64,000 bases of DNA from a virus (lineage: Duplodnaviria; Caudoviricetes), in IMG/VR virus record IMGVR_UViG_3300035501_000922. One strand, given 5' to 3'. The notes under the pieces are model-generated. The model made no database searches. It was not told the DNA's origin and saw nothing but the letters and a program-made list of their open reading frames with translations. Of the stretch, positions 41,986 through 52,024 are shown one piece after another. The number at the start of each line of letters is the position of its first letter. Position 1 is the stretch's first letter. The position numbers were made by a program, and so were the translations under genes.

Positions 41986-43440
41986 ATGAGCAAGAAAAAC
42001 AAACACAAAAAGCAAAAGGTTCGTTTATCCCGTCTTAACTGGGATGTAGAATTTTGTCTGGATATCTTTAATAACAGAGGATTTGAAATTACAGAACCTG
42101 CTGAGGTGTCTTTAGATGGTTCTAAGGAAAAGAGCTTATATGGACCCCAGTCTCCACTATATGGAACAACATATTCAGACGAGCAAGCTTTTATTGAAAG
42201 ATACAGATGTAAATGTGGAGCGTTTACGTCACGTCAATTTGATGGCGAAGAATGCCCTATCTGTCATACTAAGGTAGAATTTAAAGACGCTGATGTTAAA
42301 ATGACAGGTTGGATTAACCTTGGTACTAACGTTGTTGTAAATCCTTGGTATTACAACAAACTTTGCCAAGTAATAGGAAGTAAGGTTTTCCCAGATATCG
42401 TATGTGCTAAGTACAAGATTACTACCGATGGTAAAAGAGAAAAACCTACAGAAAATGATGTGGAGGTTAAACCAAGTTCTCCGTTTGCCGGTATCGGCAT
42501 AGATGAGTTCTTTGATAACTATGAGAACATCATGATTTATTTCAAGTCAATTAAGAAGAGTAAAGCTAAATCTATTGATACTCTCATTAATGAGAAAAGG
42601 TCTGTGTTTACATCACATATACCTGTAATGTCAACTATGTTAAGACCTCAGTCGGTTACGTCTGATACTTTCTATTTTGGAAGTATGGACAAAGATGTAA
42701 ATACACTTTTTAATCTTTCTGAGAATCTTAAGAACTGTTTGGATGTAGAAAGAGACTATATCTTGTGGAGAATACAGACTAAGGTTAATGCGATGTGGCA
42801 GAAATGCTTTGCAATGCTTAATGGTAAAGAAGGTTTTATTCGTGACCAGATTTTGGGTGGTTCACTCAACTATACATCTCGTAACGTTATAGTACCTGAC
42901 CCATCATTAAAAGACGGAGAGGTTGACTTGTCATATCATACGTTTCGTGAGCTTTTTAAGCAACCAATTATTCATTATATTGCACGTCTTGATGATATCC
43001 CGTTATCTAAGGCATCTATGATATGGAGTAATTCGGTTGAGTTTGATGAAAAAGTTTATGATATTATGATGTATATAGTTGAGCATGATGATATTGCTCT
43101 TCTTATTAACCGTAATCCGACTTTGAATTACTACTCAATGCTTCTGATGAAAATCAGAAAAGTAAAGCCTGATGCAAATGACTTCTGTTTGTCAGTTCCG
43201 TTGTCAATCTTACCCGGACTGAATGCAGATTTTGACGGAGACATTTTAAATATTATCGGGCTTGTAAATAAAGCAATGGTACACATGTTTAGAAAGTTCA
43301 ATCCTGTACAACGTATGATGATTGACAGAGACAGTGGTCTGTTAAATAACTATTTCATGATCACAAAGGGTCAGCTTATTGACTTGTACCATTTCTGTAC
43401 AATTGGTGCTACGGAGAATGACCAACCTGAGACTGATTAA
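41986..43440 (+). CDS. rpoC: RNA polymerase beta' N-terminal subunit (probably non-virion RNAP)
   Basis: Zn ribbon CKCG..CPIC, GKEGFIR..LG..NYTSRNVI, NRNPTL, catalytic NADFDGD; early promoter. Confidence 0.92.
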   Translation: MSKKNKHKKQKVRLSRLNWDVEFCLDIFNNRGFEITEPAEVSLDGSKEKSLYGPQSPLYGTTYSDEQAFIERYRCKCGAFTSRQFDGEECPICHTKVEFKDADVKMTGWINLGTNVVVNPWYYNKLCQVIGSKVFPDIVCAKYKITTDGKREKPTENDVEVKPSSPFAGIGIDEFFDNYENIMIYFKSIKKSKAKSIDTLINEKRSVFTSHIPVMSTMLRPQSVTSDTFYFGSMDKDVNTLFNLSENLKNCLDVERDYILWRIQTKVNAMWQKCFAMLNGKEGFIRDQILGGSLNYTSRNVIVPDPSLKDGEVDLSYHTFRELFKQPIIHYIARLDDIPLSKASMIWSNSVEFDEKVYDIMMYIVEHDDIALLINRNPTLNYYSMLLMKIRKVKPDANDFCLSVPLSILPGLNADFDGDILNIIGLVNKAMVHMFRKFNPVQRMMIDRDSGLLNNYFMITKGQLIDLYHFCTIGATENDQPETD

Positions 43441-43510
43441 AACACTATTAAATCCCAGTATATAATTCATTTATATACTGGGATATTTATTTTTGGAGGG
43501 GTGTAAAAAT

Positions 43511-43993
43511 ATGAGACAATTAATAAATAAATTAATAAATTTTGTAATAGCATTACAAAATCATAATTCGTTTGCAGTACTTAATTGCAATCATAATAAT
43601 TTAAGATATGTAACTAACGTAAATGTTCCGATGGCATATTTTAAAGGTGCATGTGATTTCTATGATAAATCGGTGACGCCGGGATATTTTAAACTTAATA
43701 GTACAAAGTCAGTCATGGTAAAAGATGATAGTAATATACTTGTTTTTAATATAAAAGGTGTGTATGACTTAATTGATGTACGTTTGTTAGTTAAATATTG
43801 TAAAGCTAATGACACGTCATATCTTAATCTTCAATTAATCGATTATTATAAATATGCACCAGATGGTAATCTTGTTAAGATTTCCTCGGTTACTAGAGTA
43901 GTACTTGATGAGATTGATAATATATGGAATCATAGTTATAACTTCAAATATCAACAAAAAGAAGCAATAGAAAATGTACTTAAACTGTTTTAA
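43511..43993 (+). CDS. Hypothetical protein
   Basis: RBS GGAGGGG. Confidence 0.65.
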   Translation: MRQLINKLINFVIALQNHNSFAVLNCNHNNLRYVTNVNVPMAYFKGACDFYDKSVTPGYFKLNSTKSVMVKDDSNILVFNIKGVYDLIDVRLLVKYCKANDTSYLNLQLIDYYKYAPDGNLVKISSVTRVVLDEIDNIWNHSYNFKYQQKEAIENVLKLF

Positions 43994-44046
43994 CTTTAAA
44001 GTATAGTGTTAACAATTATATAGCTTATTTAAAAGGGGTTAACATT

Positions 44047-44469
44047 ATGCACATTGATACAGAAATACAGGAAAACGTTCTTACAGTACTGAAACTTCGA
44101 AAAGAACTTCATAGGTTATCGTTTCTGATACATACAATGAAGAAAGACAGTACTAAATATGACGACGTATATAACAGGCAACTTGAGATTAGATTAATAT
44201 TAGATAAGATGGGATTTAAAACTGGTGTATCTGATAATATGTCTAAACTAGCAATAATTGTCTATATGTACGAACACCCATTTGAAAAGATAACCCATAA
44301 GTTATTCACAACTGATGAATATCTTTATTACGATATTAATGAAGATTGCATTAAAGATGAAAATCAGAATGTTTTTGAAACGTGGGTAAAAGAACCTTGT
44401 TCCTATAATGGAATAATGGTACGAACAGAAAAACATTGGGAATATGGATGGAAATTGTATAATGAATAA
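44047..44469 (+). CDS. Hypothetical protein
   Basis: RBS AAGGGG; terminator 44467..44501. Confidence 0.65.
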   Translation: MHIDTEIQENVLTVLKLRKELHRLSFLIHTMKKDSTKYDDVYNRQLEIRLILDKMGFKTGVSDNMSKLAIIVYMYEHPFEKITHKLFTTDEYLYYDINEDCIKDENQNVFETWVKEPCSYNGIMVRTEKHWEYGWKLYNE

Positions 44470-44518
44470 GAAGGTAAGAGAATTTATCTCTTACCTTCTT
44501 ATTTATGTATGTAATAAT

Positions 44519-44652
44519 CCGTAAAGTCAACTTTTTCAATTATATATTATTTTTGTGTAATCGGATAAGAATTTATTATTCGATATAATAAATTGAATGG
44601 GTTACGAATTACCTAGTCACAAAATTCGCAGAGTACGAAGGAGGTACTTATT
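44519..44652 (+). promoter_or_regulatory. Early promoter (core 44540..44550) and ~95-nt structured leader
   Basis: Twin of 4823..4870; hairpin CGAATT-ACCTAGTCACAA-AATTCG. Confidence 0.75.
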
Positions 44653-44874
44653 ATGTTAAAGAAAGTTATAATTGTAATCGGCTCCGCTGTTGCAGGAGCA
44701 GTGGCCGCGGGCTCATTCTACATCAATGGTGAGATCGCTAAGAACACTGTCGATGAGGTCAAAGAGAATAAGGCGAAAGCCGCATTCCGTGAGACCAGAA
44801 AAGAGAAAGTTCCTGGCAAGTTCAGAAAGCAGTTCGTAACCAGAGATGGTTTCGGAAACATCGTTGACGATTAA
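44653..44874 (+). CDS. Small early protein with N-terminal TM/signal segment
   Basis: MLKKVIIVIGSAVAGAVAAG; RBS AAGGAGG; higher GC. Confidence 0.75.
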   Translation: MLKKVIIVIGSAVAGAVAAGSFYINGEIAKNTVDEVKENKAKAAFRETRKEKVPGKFRKQFVTRDGFGNIVDD

Positions 44875-44890
44875 TAAGGAGGTGAAAACA

Positions 44891-45067
44891 ATGTTCTCAG
44901 TTATTCTCGCTTCAGCAGCTATTGCATACGGCACAGGTGTGGGCGTAATAAGCTACAAGCTTGTGAACAACCTTCCCAAGAAAAAGGGAAAGAAGGTTAT
45001 TGACGTGGTCATCAACGACCCCGTCATGTACGATGTCGATGACGACGAGGTGAGGGATGCTGAATAA
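44891..45067 (+). CDS. Small early membrane-anchored protein
   Basis: RBS AAGGAGGTG; hydrophobic N-terminus, acidic tail. Confidence 0.7.
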   Translation: MFSVILASAAIAYGTGVGVISYKLVNNLPKKKGKKVIDVVINDPVMYDVDDDEVRDAE

Positions 45068-45206
45068 GCATCCCTCAATTTTGAAATACACTTGGGTGCA
45101 ATAGTGCCTGAGTAGTTATCAAGAAAAAAAATAAACATCATTGTGATGTTTATTTTTTTCTTTAAAAACGTTAATATAACATTATAATTATGAAAGGAGA
45201 ATAACC

Positions 45207-45473
45207 ATGAACTATTATTTTTGTTTACTCTCGGCTGAAGAAGCCAAGGATCCTACAAAATATGGATATAATTTTGCATTAACTAAAGAATCAGATTGGA
45301 TTCAATCTAATGATGCAGAGAACTATCTTACAGGTGTTATTAAAGGCGTTGATTTCTTCATTAAAGATGGTATCACGTATTCATTTCATAAACGTTTCCT
45401 TGACCTTGATAATAAGAGAATTGTTGTTCTTGCACTCGAAAGTACTTCAGGTTGTGACGTTAAGAAATTTTAA
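45207..45473 (+). CDS. Hypothetical protein
   Basis: RBS AAAGGAG. Confidence 0.7.
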   Translation: MNYYFCLLSAEEAKDPTKYGYNFALTKESDWIQSNDAENYLTGVIKGVDFFIKDGITYSFHKRFLDLDNKRIVVLALESTSGCDVKKF

Positions 45474-45598
45474 TATATATTTTCAACATAAGAATAAGCT
45501 TAAGTTGAATGGAAAATCTGATTTAAGTTAGAGCTTATAAAACACCTCATGAGAATAAAGAATGATGGATACTAAGAAATTCTTAGTATCCATCATTT

Positions 45599-46888
45599 TT
45601 AATTATTGTATGCTTGTATTGCAAGAATAAAGTAGAAGTATAATGCTTTTTTATAACATACACGACTTGCTTCTCTTTTGTATTTACTATGTATACCTAT
45701 TTCTTCAGACCACTTCTCTAAAGAATCTTTAATATTTTTTATATTAGCATCATTAGCATTCGTCTTTCTAAAAGTTGCTTCTGACCAGTGTAAAAAGTAT
45801 TTAGAATTTATATCTTCAGGTTTTTTATTTTCATCATATAGATATAGGAACAACACAGATTCAATAAACTTTTGAATATCATCTGAATATTTATCAGTAA
45901 TAACCTTGGTTATATAAAACCTAACTTCGGAAACACTAACATTACTAATCTTAGCTACTATAGATACAAACTTAAGATTTATATCTTGAGTAAGTAGTTT
46001 TAAAGTTATCTTTCTTCCTATATATTCTACAGTAGATGTTTTATTCTGTGAATCAACGTCTAACTGCATACCATCATAAGAATCTTTAGATAAAGTAACT
46101 CTAAGTCCTTTAGCATGATTACTCATATACTGGTCACAGATTTTTTTAATCATTGACTTTTGGTCATTTCTTATTCTTTGTATAAAACGAATTATTTCTT
46201 TATCAGAAGCATCATTTATAAATGGTTTTAAAAAGTCATATGAATGCTGAATAGAAAGAAATAATGCTCCAAAGATATGACCTTGTTGTTTAATCATAAA
46301 TTTATCAGTTAAATTATCAATGGTATATTGCATAACAGCTTCATCCGTACCGTATTTAAAAAATAAACTAAATACTGCAGGATAGTTAGAAAGAGCATAA
46401 ATTGCTAATGCGGTATTGATACCTTTCTGGTCTTTCTTTAATGTGTAAAATCTAATACAGCAATAGAATACCCAGAAAATGGGGTTACCTGTTAATAAGT
46501 TAAATTCACTCTTAGTTCCAAGTTGATTTACTACCTTCTTTATATTTTCATCAAGAAGAGAAATTTTAATCTTTTTATCTTTTGCTCCACCCGTAAGTGT
46601 ATATTCAAACCCGAATAACTCACAGTACTTAGCTTTCTCATCAGATGAAAATGGGATTAAATATACAGGACCTGTAGTATGAAGTTTATCACTATTTACA
46701 TCCATATAGTGTCCTACAAGTTGTTTAAACTTCCTATCACCTTGCGGTGTACTAAGTGTTTTTTCAATTATTGGATAAATATTCTCTATAATAATATGTG
46801 AATCAGTTGTGGCTTCTGTTATATAATCACGTAAATCTAACAGTTCACATTCTTGTTCTTTTTCATACATCTTTACTAAATAACTCAT
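45599..46888 (-). CDS. Hypothetical late helical protein, possibly virion-packaged
   Basis: YITE|A near N-terminus; late promoter 46921..46932; terminator 45561..45597. Confidence 0.65.
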   Translation of the reverse strand: MSYLVKMYEKEQECELLDLRDYITEATTDSHIIIENIYPIIEKTLSTPQGDRKFKQLVGHYMDVNSDKLHTTGPVYLIPFSSDEKAKYCELFGFEYTLTGGAKDKKIKISLLDENIKKVVNQLGTKSEFNLLTGNPIFWVFYCCIRFYTLKKDQKGINTALAIYALSNYPAVFSLFFKYGTDEAVMQYTIDNLTDKFMIKQQGHIFGALFLSIQHSYDFLKPFINDASDKEIIRFIQRIRNDQKSMIKKICDQYMSNHAKGLRVTLSKDSYDGMQLDVDSQNKTSTVEYIGRKITLKLLTQDINLKFVSIVAKISNVSVSEVRFYITKVITDKYSDDIQKFIESVLFLYLYDENKKPEDINSKYFLHWSEATFRKTNANDANIKNIKDSLEKWSEEIGIHSKYKREASRVCYKKALYFYFILAIQAYNN

Positions 46889-46983
46889 AAGAACGTATCT
46901 CACCTTTCTTATATAATAATTAAGTATTTGTTTTTTACTGGTTTTATTACAGTATAATAAAACATATGAAAGGAGTTAGTAAT

Positions 46984-47211
46984 ATGCTTAAAAAAATTAT
47001 TGAGATTATAGATTTTTTATCATTGATTTCTTTTCTAATAGGAATGGGTATTGCGTTTTATTATACTTTTAAGTATTTTATGGTTATACGTATTATTGCA
47101 ATAATAAACTACCCTATAAATCTGGTAGTGAAACCATTAATACCTTTAAGTATATCAATAATATTATCAATTATTAGTTTTAAACTAAAGAAAATAAATA
47201 AGAAGAGCTAG
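46984..47211 (+). CDS. Small two-TM membrane protein
   Basis: Two hydrophobic segments, basic C-tail, RBS AAAGGAG. Confidence 0.6.
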   Translation: MLKKIIEIIDFLSLISFLIGMGIAFYYTFKYFMVIRIIAIINYPINLVVKPLIPLSISIILSIISFKLKKINKKS

Positions 47212-47297
47212 TTTATCTATCTCTTCTTATTTTTTAATTATATATTATTTAGATGTAATAAGACAAGGAAAGTCTATAAAACCAGAAAGGAAAAGCC

Positions 47298-47759
47298 ATG
47301 AATATAATGGATGAGTTAGAAGTAATTGTAGCAAAGGTTCAAGAAGAAGACGGTGTATCGAAGGCTGCGGCTGCTCGTAAAGTTAGAAAAGCTGCAGAAG
47401 CATTTTCTCACATTGAGAATATGAATGAGAGACTGCGTAAAATTGAAAGACAGAGTGCTGAAGACCCTGTACTTGCATTTTTAAACAGTATTGAAACTGA
47501 GGACGGATTCTATGCTAGTATCAGTGTAGAAGACTATGAAAAACTGCTTGTTATAGTCGAGAAAACGGGTCACTCGATACACTACCCTAAGGGAAATTAT
47601 CGTAGTGGTGGTACTGCAGGTACCAGAGGTTCTGAGCACGAAGGGCTTGATAACGGTCGGGTGTATTTTACAAATCGAAGATTTGAAACTACCCATAAAG
47701 GGCACATGTATACATATTATCCTGAGCTTAAAAAATGGGATAGATATGGAAACAAATAA
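47298..47759 (+). CDS. Hypothetical early protein
   Basis: Early promoter 47238..47248, RBS GAAAGGA. Confidence 0.75.
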   Translation: MNIMDELEVIVAKVQEEDGVSKAAAARKVRKAAEAFSHIENMNERLRKIERQSAEDPVLAFLNSIETEDGFYASISVEDYEKLLVIVEKTGHSIHYPKGNYRSGGTAGTRGSEHEGLDNGRVYFTNRRFETTHKGHMYTYYPELKKWDRYGNK

Positions 47760-47785
47760 TAAAAATTATAAAGGAGTATAAAAGC

Positions 47786-48664
47786 ATGAATAACAATGTT
47801 AAAGAGACAAATGAAGCAGAAGTAAGGGTGAACGAAATCAAGAATCTCTATGATACTTTAGATAAAAAGTACGAGGTACTATTGAGTATTATCGGAATCA
47901 CCACAGACAATGAGAAGCTGGATAGGCTTCGTCAGATGTACTTATTACAGTTACAATATGGACTGTATATCAATAACAAAGATATTGAATATGCTATTAC
48001 AGAAAAAATCGTTAAACCCTATGAAAAGGATAAGACGGTTGATTTAGAGGCATATGAAGATCTGCATGGTCAACTTACGTACTGGAATGAAGAGTTAGAT
48101 CGAAATTTATCAACAGCACAATATTATGCAAGAACTATAGAAGAATTTGATAGCTATTGCGAAGATGATAAAATATATATAATATTAGACCCTTCAACAG
48201 AACACGTATCTCGATCTTACTTTACTGAATCGAGTTTTATTTGTGAAAACGTGGGTCATGGAGGAAGATTCAATCCGTTGACAGTTCCATTACTTCCCAT
48301 AGACCCAGTGATGATTGAAGATGTTGAATTCAACTCTGGAAACTTAATACCCTATTTAACTAGATTCTATACTAACTATATAATAGGACAACTGACTGTA
48401 GACGGTGGTTTATGGATTCATGAACCGATGCTAACACCTCTATACAAATTTATCGTAAACTGGGTTCTGAAGACTTATATAGATAATGAGGATGATTCAT
48501 ATCATCAGTTTTTACTTGAGAAGTATGTATCATATTTATCTACAAGTGAATATAGGGACGAAGACTATGAGTTTATCAAGAAGTGGTTTACTGATAATGG
48601 ATATAAGAGTTTTGCCGATGAGATAGGGCAAGAACTCAATAAATTAAACAGTGATAACGAGTAA
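47786..48664 (+). CDS. Hypothetical early protein
   Basis: RBS AAAGGAG; terminator 48667..48699. Confidence 0.75.
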   Translation: MNNNVKETNEAEVRVNEIKNLYDTLDKKYEVLLSIIGITTDNEKLDRLRQMYLLQLQYGLYINNKDIEYAITEKIVKPYEKDKTVDLEAYEDLHGQLTYWNEELDRNLSTAQYYARTIEEFDSYCEDDKIYIILDPSTEHVSRSYFTESSFICENVGHGGRFNPLTVPLLPIDPVMIEDVEFNSGNLIPYLTRFYTNYIIGQLTVDGGLWIHEPMLTPLYKFIVNWVLKTYIDNEDDSYHQFLLEKYVSYLSTSEYRDEDYEFIKKWFTDNGYKSFADEIGQELNKLNSDNE

Positions 48665-48705
48665 TAAAAAGGTAGGTATACGTTTGTATACCTACCTTTA
48701 TTTTT

Positions 48706-51700
48706 TTATAATAACATGTCATCGACATTAATTTGTTGTGTATGTACAGTAGCATCATGGAATTTTTTCATTCCAAGACGTTTAGTAGTTTCTGCAGGTT
48801 TGGAACATAATAATCCAATATTCCTCTTACCAAGTTTGTAATAGAAATCACCTGCACATTTATTGCAAAGATGTTTTTCTTTTCCAACTCCTATACAATA
48901 CATAGGACTTCTTAGTTTTACAACCTTACCAGCATATTTAGTTATTACATCGGGAGTTAAACAAATAAGTTTACCCTTTTCTATAATATATCTATATAAG
49001 AAATCGTCATATCCTTTATTAGGAATTGTTATAGATAGATATCCAGTTGTGCCACAATCAGAACCTTCATCAGCTAATGTTTCAGATTGCATTGCTGAAA
49101 TAAGTTCTTTAGATAAGTAACCGGATACTTGTGTACCGTAATATTATTCATATAGGTTAGTTACTCCTATATCTGTTTATACAGCTATATGTCTCCATAT
49201 AGATTGGACTATATCTTACTTATATATTCTATTACCAAATATATAAGCCCATGCACTTCCACTCTACTTAGAGTGTACTCTACTCACTTACTCACTTAGA
49301 TATTTCTTCTAAGCTATGTTTTCGATAGTCTCTGAACGTTCTTCCATAAAGAAGCTTCGCTGCGGATTGTCTCTATTCTTAACATTATTACTATACCTTG
49401 GACGTTACTCCTTGCCACTATTATATTACTATCTTAGTTTAGTAGTTAAGACTTTTTAAATTAAAGTTATAGTTATTAACTTTAATTTATGAGATATTCC
49501 CGCAATTCACATGGTCAGACAGCCGGGTTACACGTGACTGCCTTCGGATAGGCACCGGATAAGATGGCATTTGAATGTGGAGCTATATCTTTTTTCTCAA
49601 GACCATCAAGTAATGATGCCGTCAGAACATCAAACTCACCGGTCATATTATTTTTAATAGCACCTCTCATTAAGTACATATTCTTATAGTTATTACCAAT
49701 AGAACCACGAGCACCTGAAACGTATAAGTCCATACCTATATCGTCTTTAAGAACTTCTTTTGTTTTTGCAACAAGTTCTTTCTCCATTTGTTCTGATGCT
49801 TTAGGGTCATTATTGGCTAACTCATCTTTATATTTTACTAAAAGTTCTTTCTTAAGTTTTTTTACTTCAGGAGGAACTTTTAAAACTTTTGCAGTAAATG
49901 ATGTTGTTATAACTGAGTGAAGCTGTAATCCTAACCAGTCTCTCATATCAACATACTTATACATTTGCTCAACAGTCATTTTATCTTCATATAATGCTTT
50001 TGCTACAGTTTTTTCTACTTTACCAAATCCACCATCATCTAATACATAATTTACATATCCGATAATCTCCTGTAAGCCAATTTCTTCAACCATTAATCTA
50101 TTAAAAATAAATCGACCAAGAGTTGTTTTAGTTGGCTCTTTAACTAGAGGATATTCGGATGGTGTTAAAGTGAGTATATCAGTGGGATGGTGCTTAGCAG
50201 TTACCGCTTTAGTTGGTTTATTCTTTTCATCTTTTGACATATCTACAAGATTACCAAACCAATCAACTAACATTGAGAAAGTTATTTCTTCAGGTTTTAA
50301 AGATAAGAAATACTGTTTATCTTGAGAAGATAAAACTTTAGCATTAGGTTTAGGTTCTTTTGTAAGAGTATAAAAAGTCTGAATTACTTCGTTTTCTACC
50401 TTACGAATATTCTTACCTGATGCATTTATAAAATATGATTTTGAATTCATTGCTTTACGACATTCTTCATTTGCTTCCTGTGTAAATACAATTTTTACTG
50501 TTGTCTGATCTCCATCATAGTCACCGTCTAATCCTGGAAGATATGAGTTACTAAATTGAACTGAATCAATAAACTTAGTAGCCATCTTTGTGGGTGGAAC
50601 GGAAAAATCAATATGAGGATAGTTTTCATATACTTTACCGTTAAATGATACAACTTCAGTTTCTGTTGTTGAAGTAACCCTAATTTCAGCTAAGAAGATT
50701 CCAAATTCATCAAGCAGAGGATAACGAGTTACTAAACAGAATTTATCTTTGGTTACATCAACAGCAGCCATATATAAAAGGTCTGTCCATGTCATATATC
50801 TAGAAGCAATTGAAGAAATTTCAGAACGATTAGTTGGGTCTATACGTTTACCTGTAAAACCTAAATAGAACTTCCTATCAGAACCAACTACAGGAATTTC
50901 AATTTTATTGAAACGTGATTCTGGGTCTTTTACGTATGTATCAATCATTTTCTTAAAATACTTTTCAGTAAAATAAGATTCAGGGTCTGCTAGTCGTAAA
51001 TTATCTTTAGCAGTATCAGATACTGGATTATAAAGAATTTTAGATAGCTGAGAATCTATAACTTCTCTTTCAAAGAAAGTTCTAACCCAATGCATAATGA
51101 ATGGATAACATAAACTACAAATTTGAGAAATAGGTAAAGCTGCATGACGAAAATCTGTTACCATTTGGTCAGGTCTATCAGCATGGAAAGTCGGTGCTGT
51201 AATGACCGTTCTTGTACAATAGTCTACGTTTCGTCCTAAGAGATACTTACGAAGTAATCCCTGCTTTTTCTCAAGCTTTGTTTTAAAATAATCGTATATT
51301 TCAACCAGAGTATTCTGAATATTATAATTAGTGGCACTAAACTGAAAATCAAACATATCTCTATCTTTTATTAATCCAGCATTGCGAATTAATCTACTAT
51401 ACAATTGGTTTATACTTCCGGTTTCACCACTACCACTCTTAGAATAAGTTACATCACGATAAAACGCTGGAATAACTAAGCAGTAATGAATAAAAATTTC
51501 ATTCTTCTTAGTTTTTGTAATAAGGTCAATACGCTCATTACGCATTCCTGTTTCGTCAGCATATTCCCACTTAATCTTTTCCCAGTTATTATAGATAAAT
51601 TCTAGTCCAGTCTCACCGTTTTCATCAGGAACTAACTTTCCAGTTTTATCAATAGAGTAATACTCTTCACCATTGACAATCTTCTCGATGTTACGATAAA

Positions 51701-51923
51701 GACGTTTAAGAACTTTATATATATGAGGATGAATAAAATACGAATGAAGATCAATATATGCAAAAGTTTCTTTTCTTGATTTAGTAGTTATTCCAAATAT
51801 TTCATTTGATATTAAGCCATTTGGATGGGGTATTCCACCTCTTTGAAATAGAATACCTGAAGTGACTTCTTGAAGATGGTTTAATTCAATAAACTCTTTA
51901 ATATCAAATAAATCTATTTTCAT
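48706..51923 (-). CDS. rpoC: RNA polymerase beta' subunit (probably virion RNAP), spliced: exon1 51923..49537, exon2 49138..48706 (939 aa)
   Basis: GLISNEIFG, KQGLLRKYLLGRNVDYCTRTVI, RYP, catalytic DGDYDGD, SGARG; exon2 GTQVSGYL, DCGT, LRSPMYC..C..C, MKKFH; late promoter 51946..51957. Confidence 0.9.
49139..49536 (-). ncRNA. ORF-less group I intron (398 nt) in the RNAP beta' bridge helix, apparent terminal A
   Basis: Cores AATTGCGGGAA/AATCCGCAGC/GTTCAGAGACTATC/AAGATATAGTCC; P1 AGGCAGT:GCTGTCT; long blocks identical to the gyrB intron. Confidence 0.9.
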
Positions 51924-52024
51924 AAAATACCACTCCTTTCTTCATTAAAAGAATGTTTTTTGGCACATATTCTAGACAATAAAAAAATGAGTAGACAGAA
52001 TCATATTCTAGTCTACTCATATTA

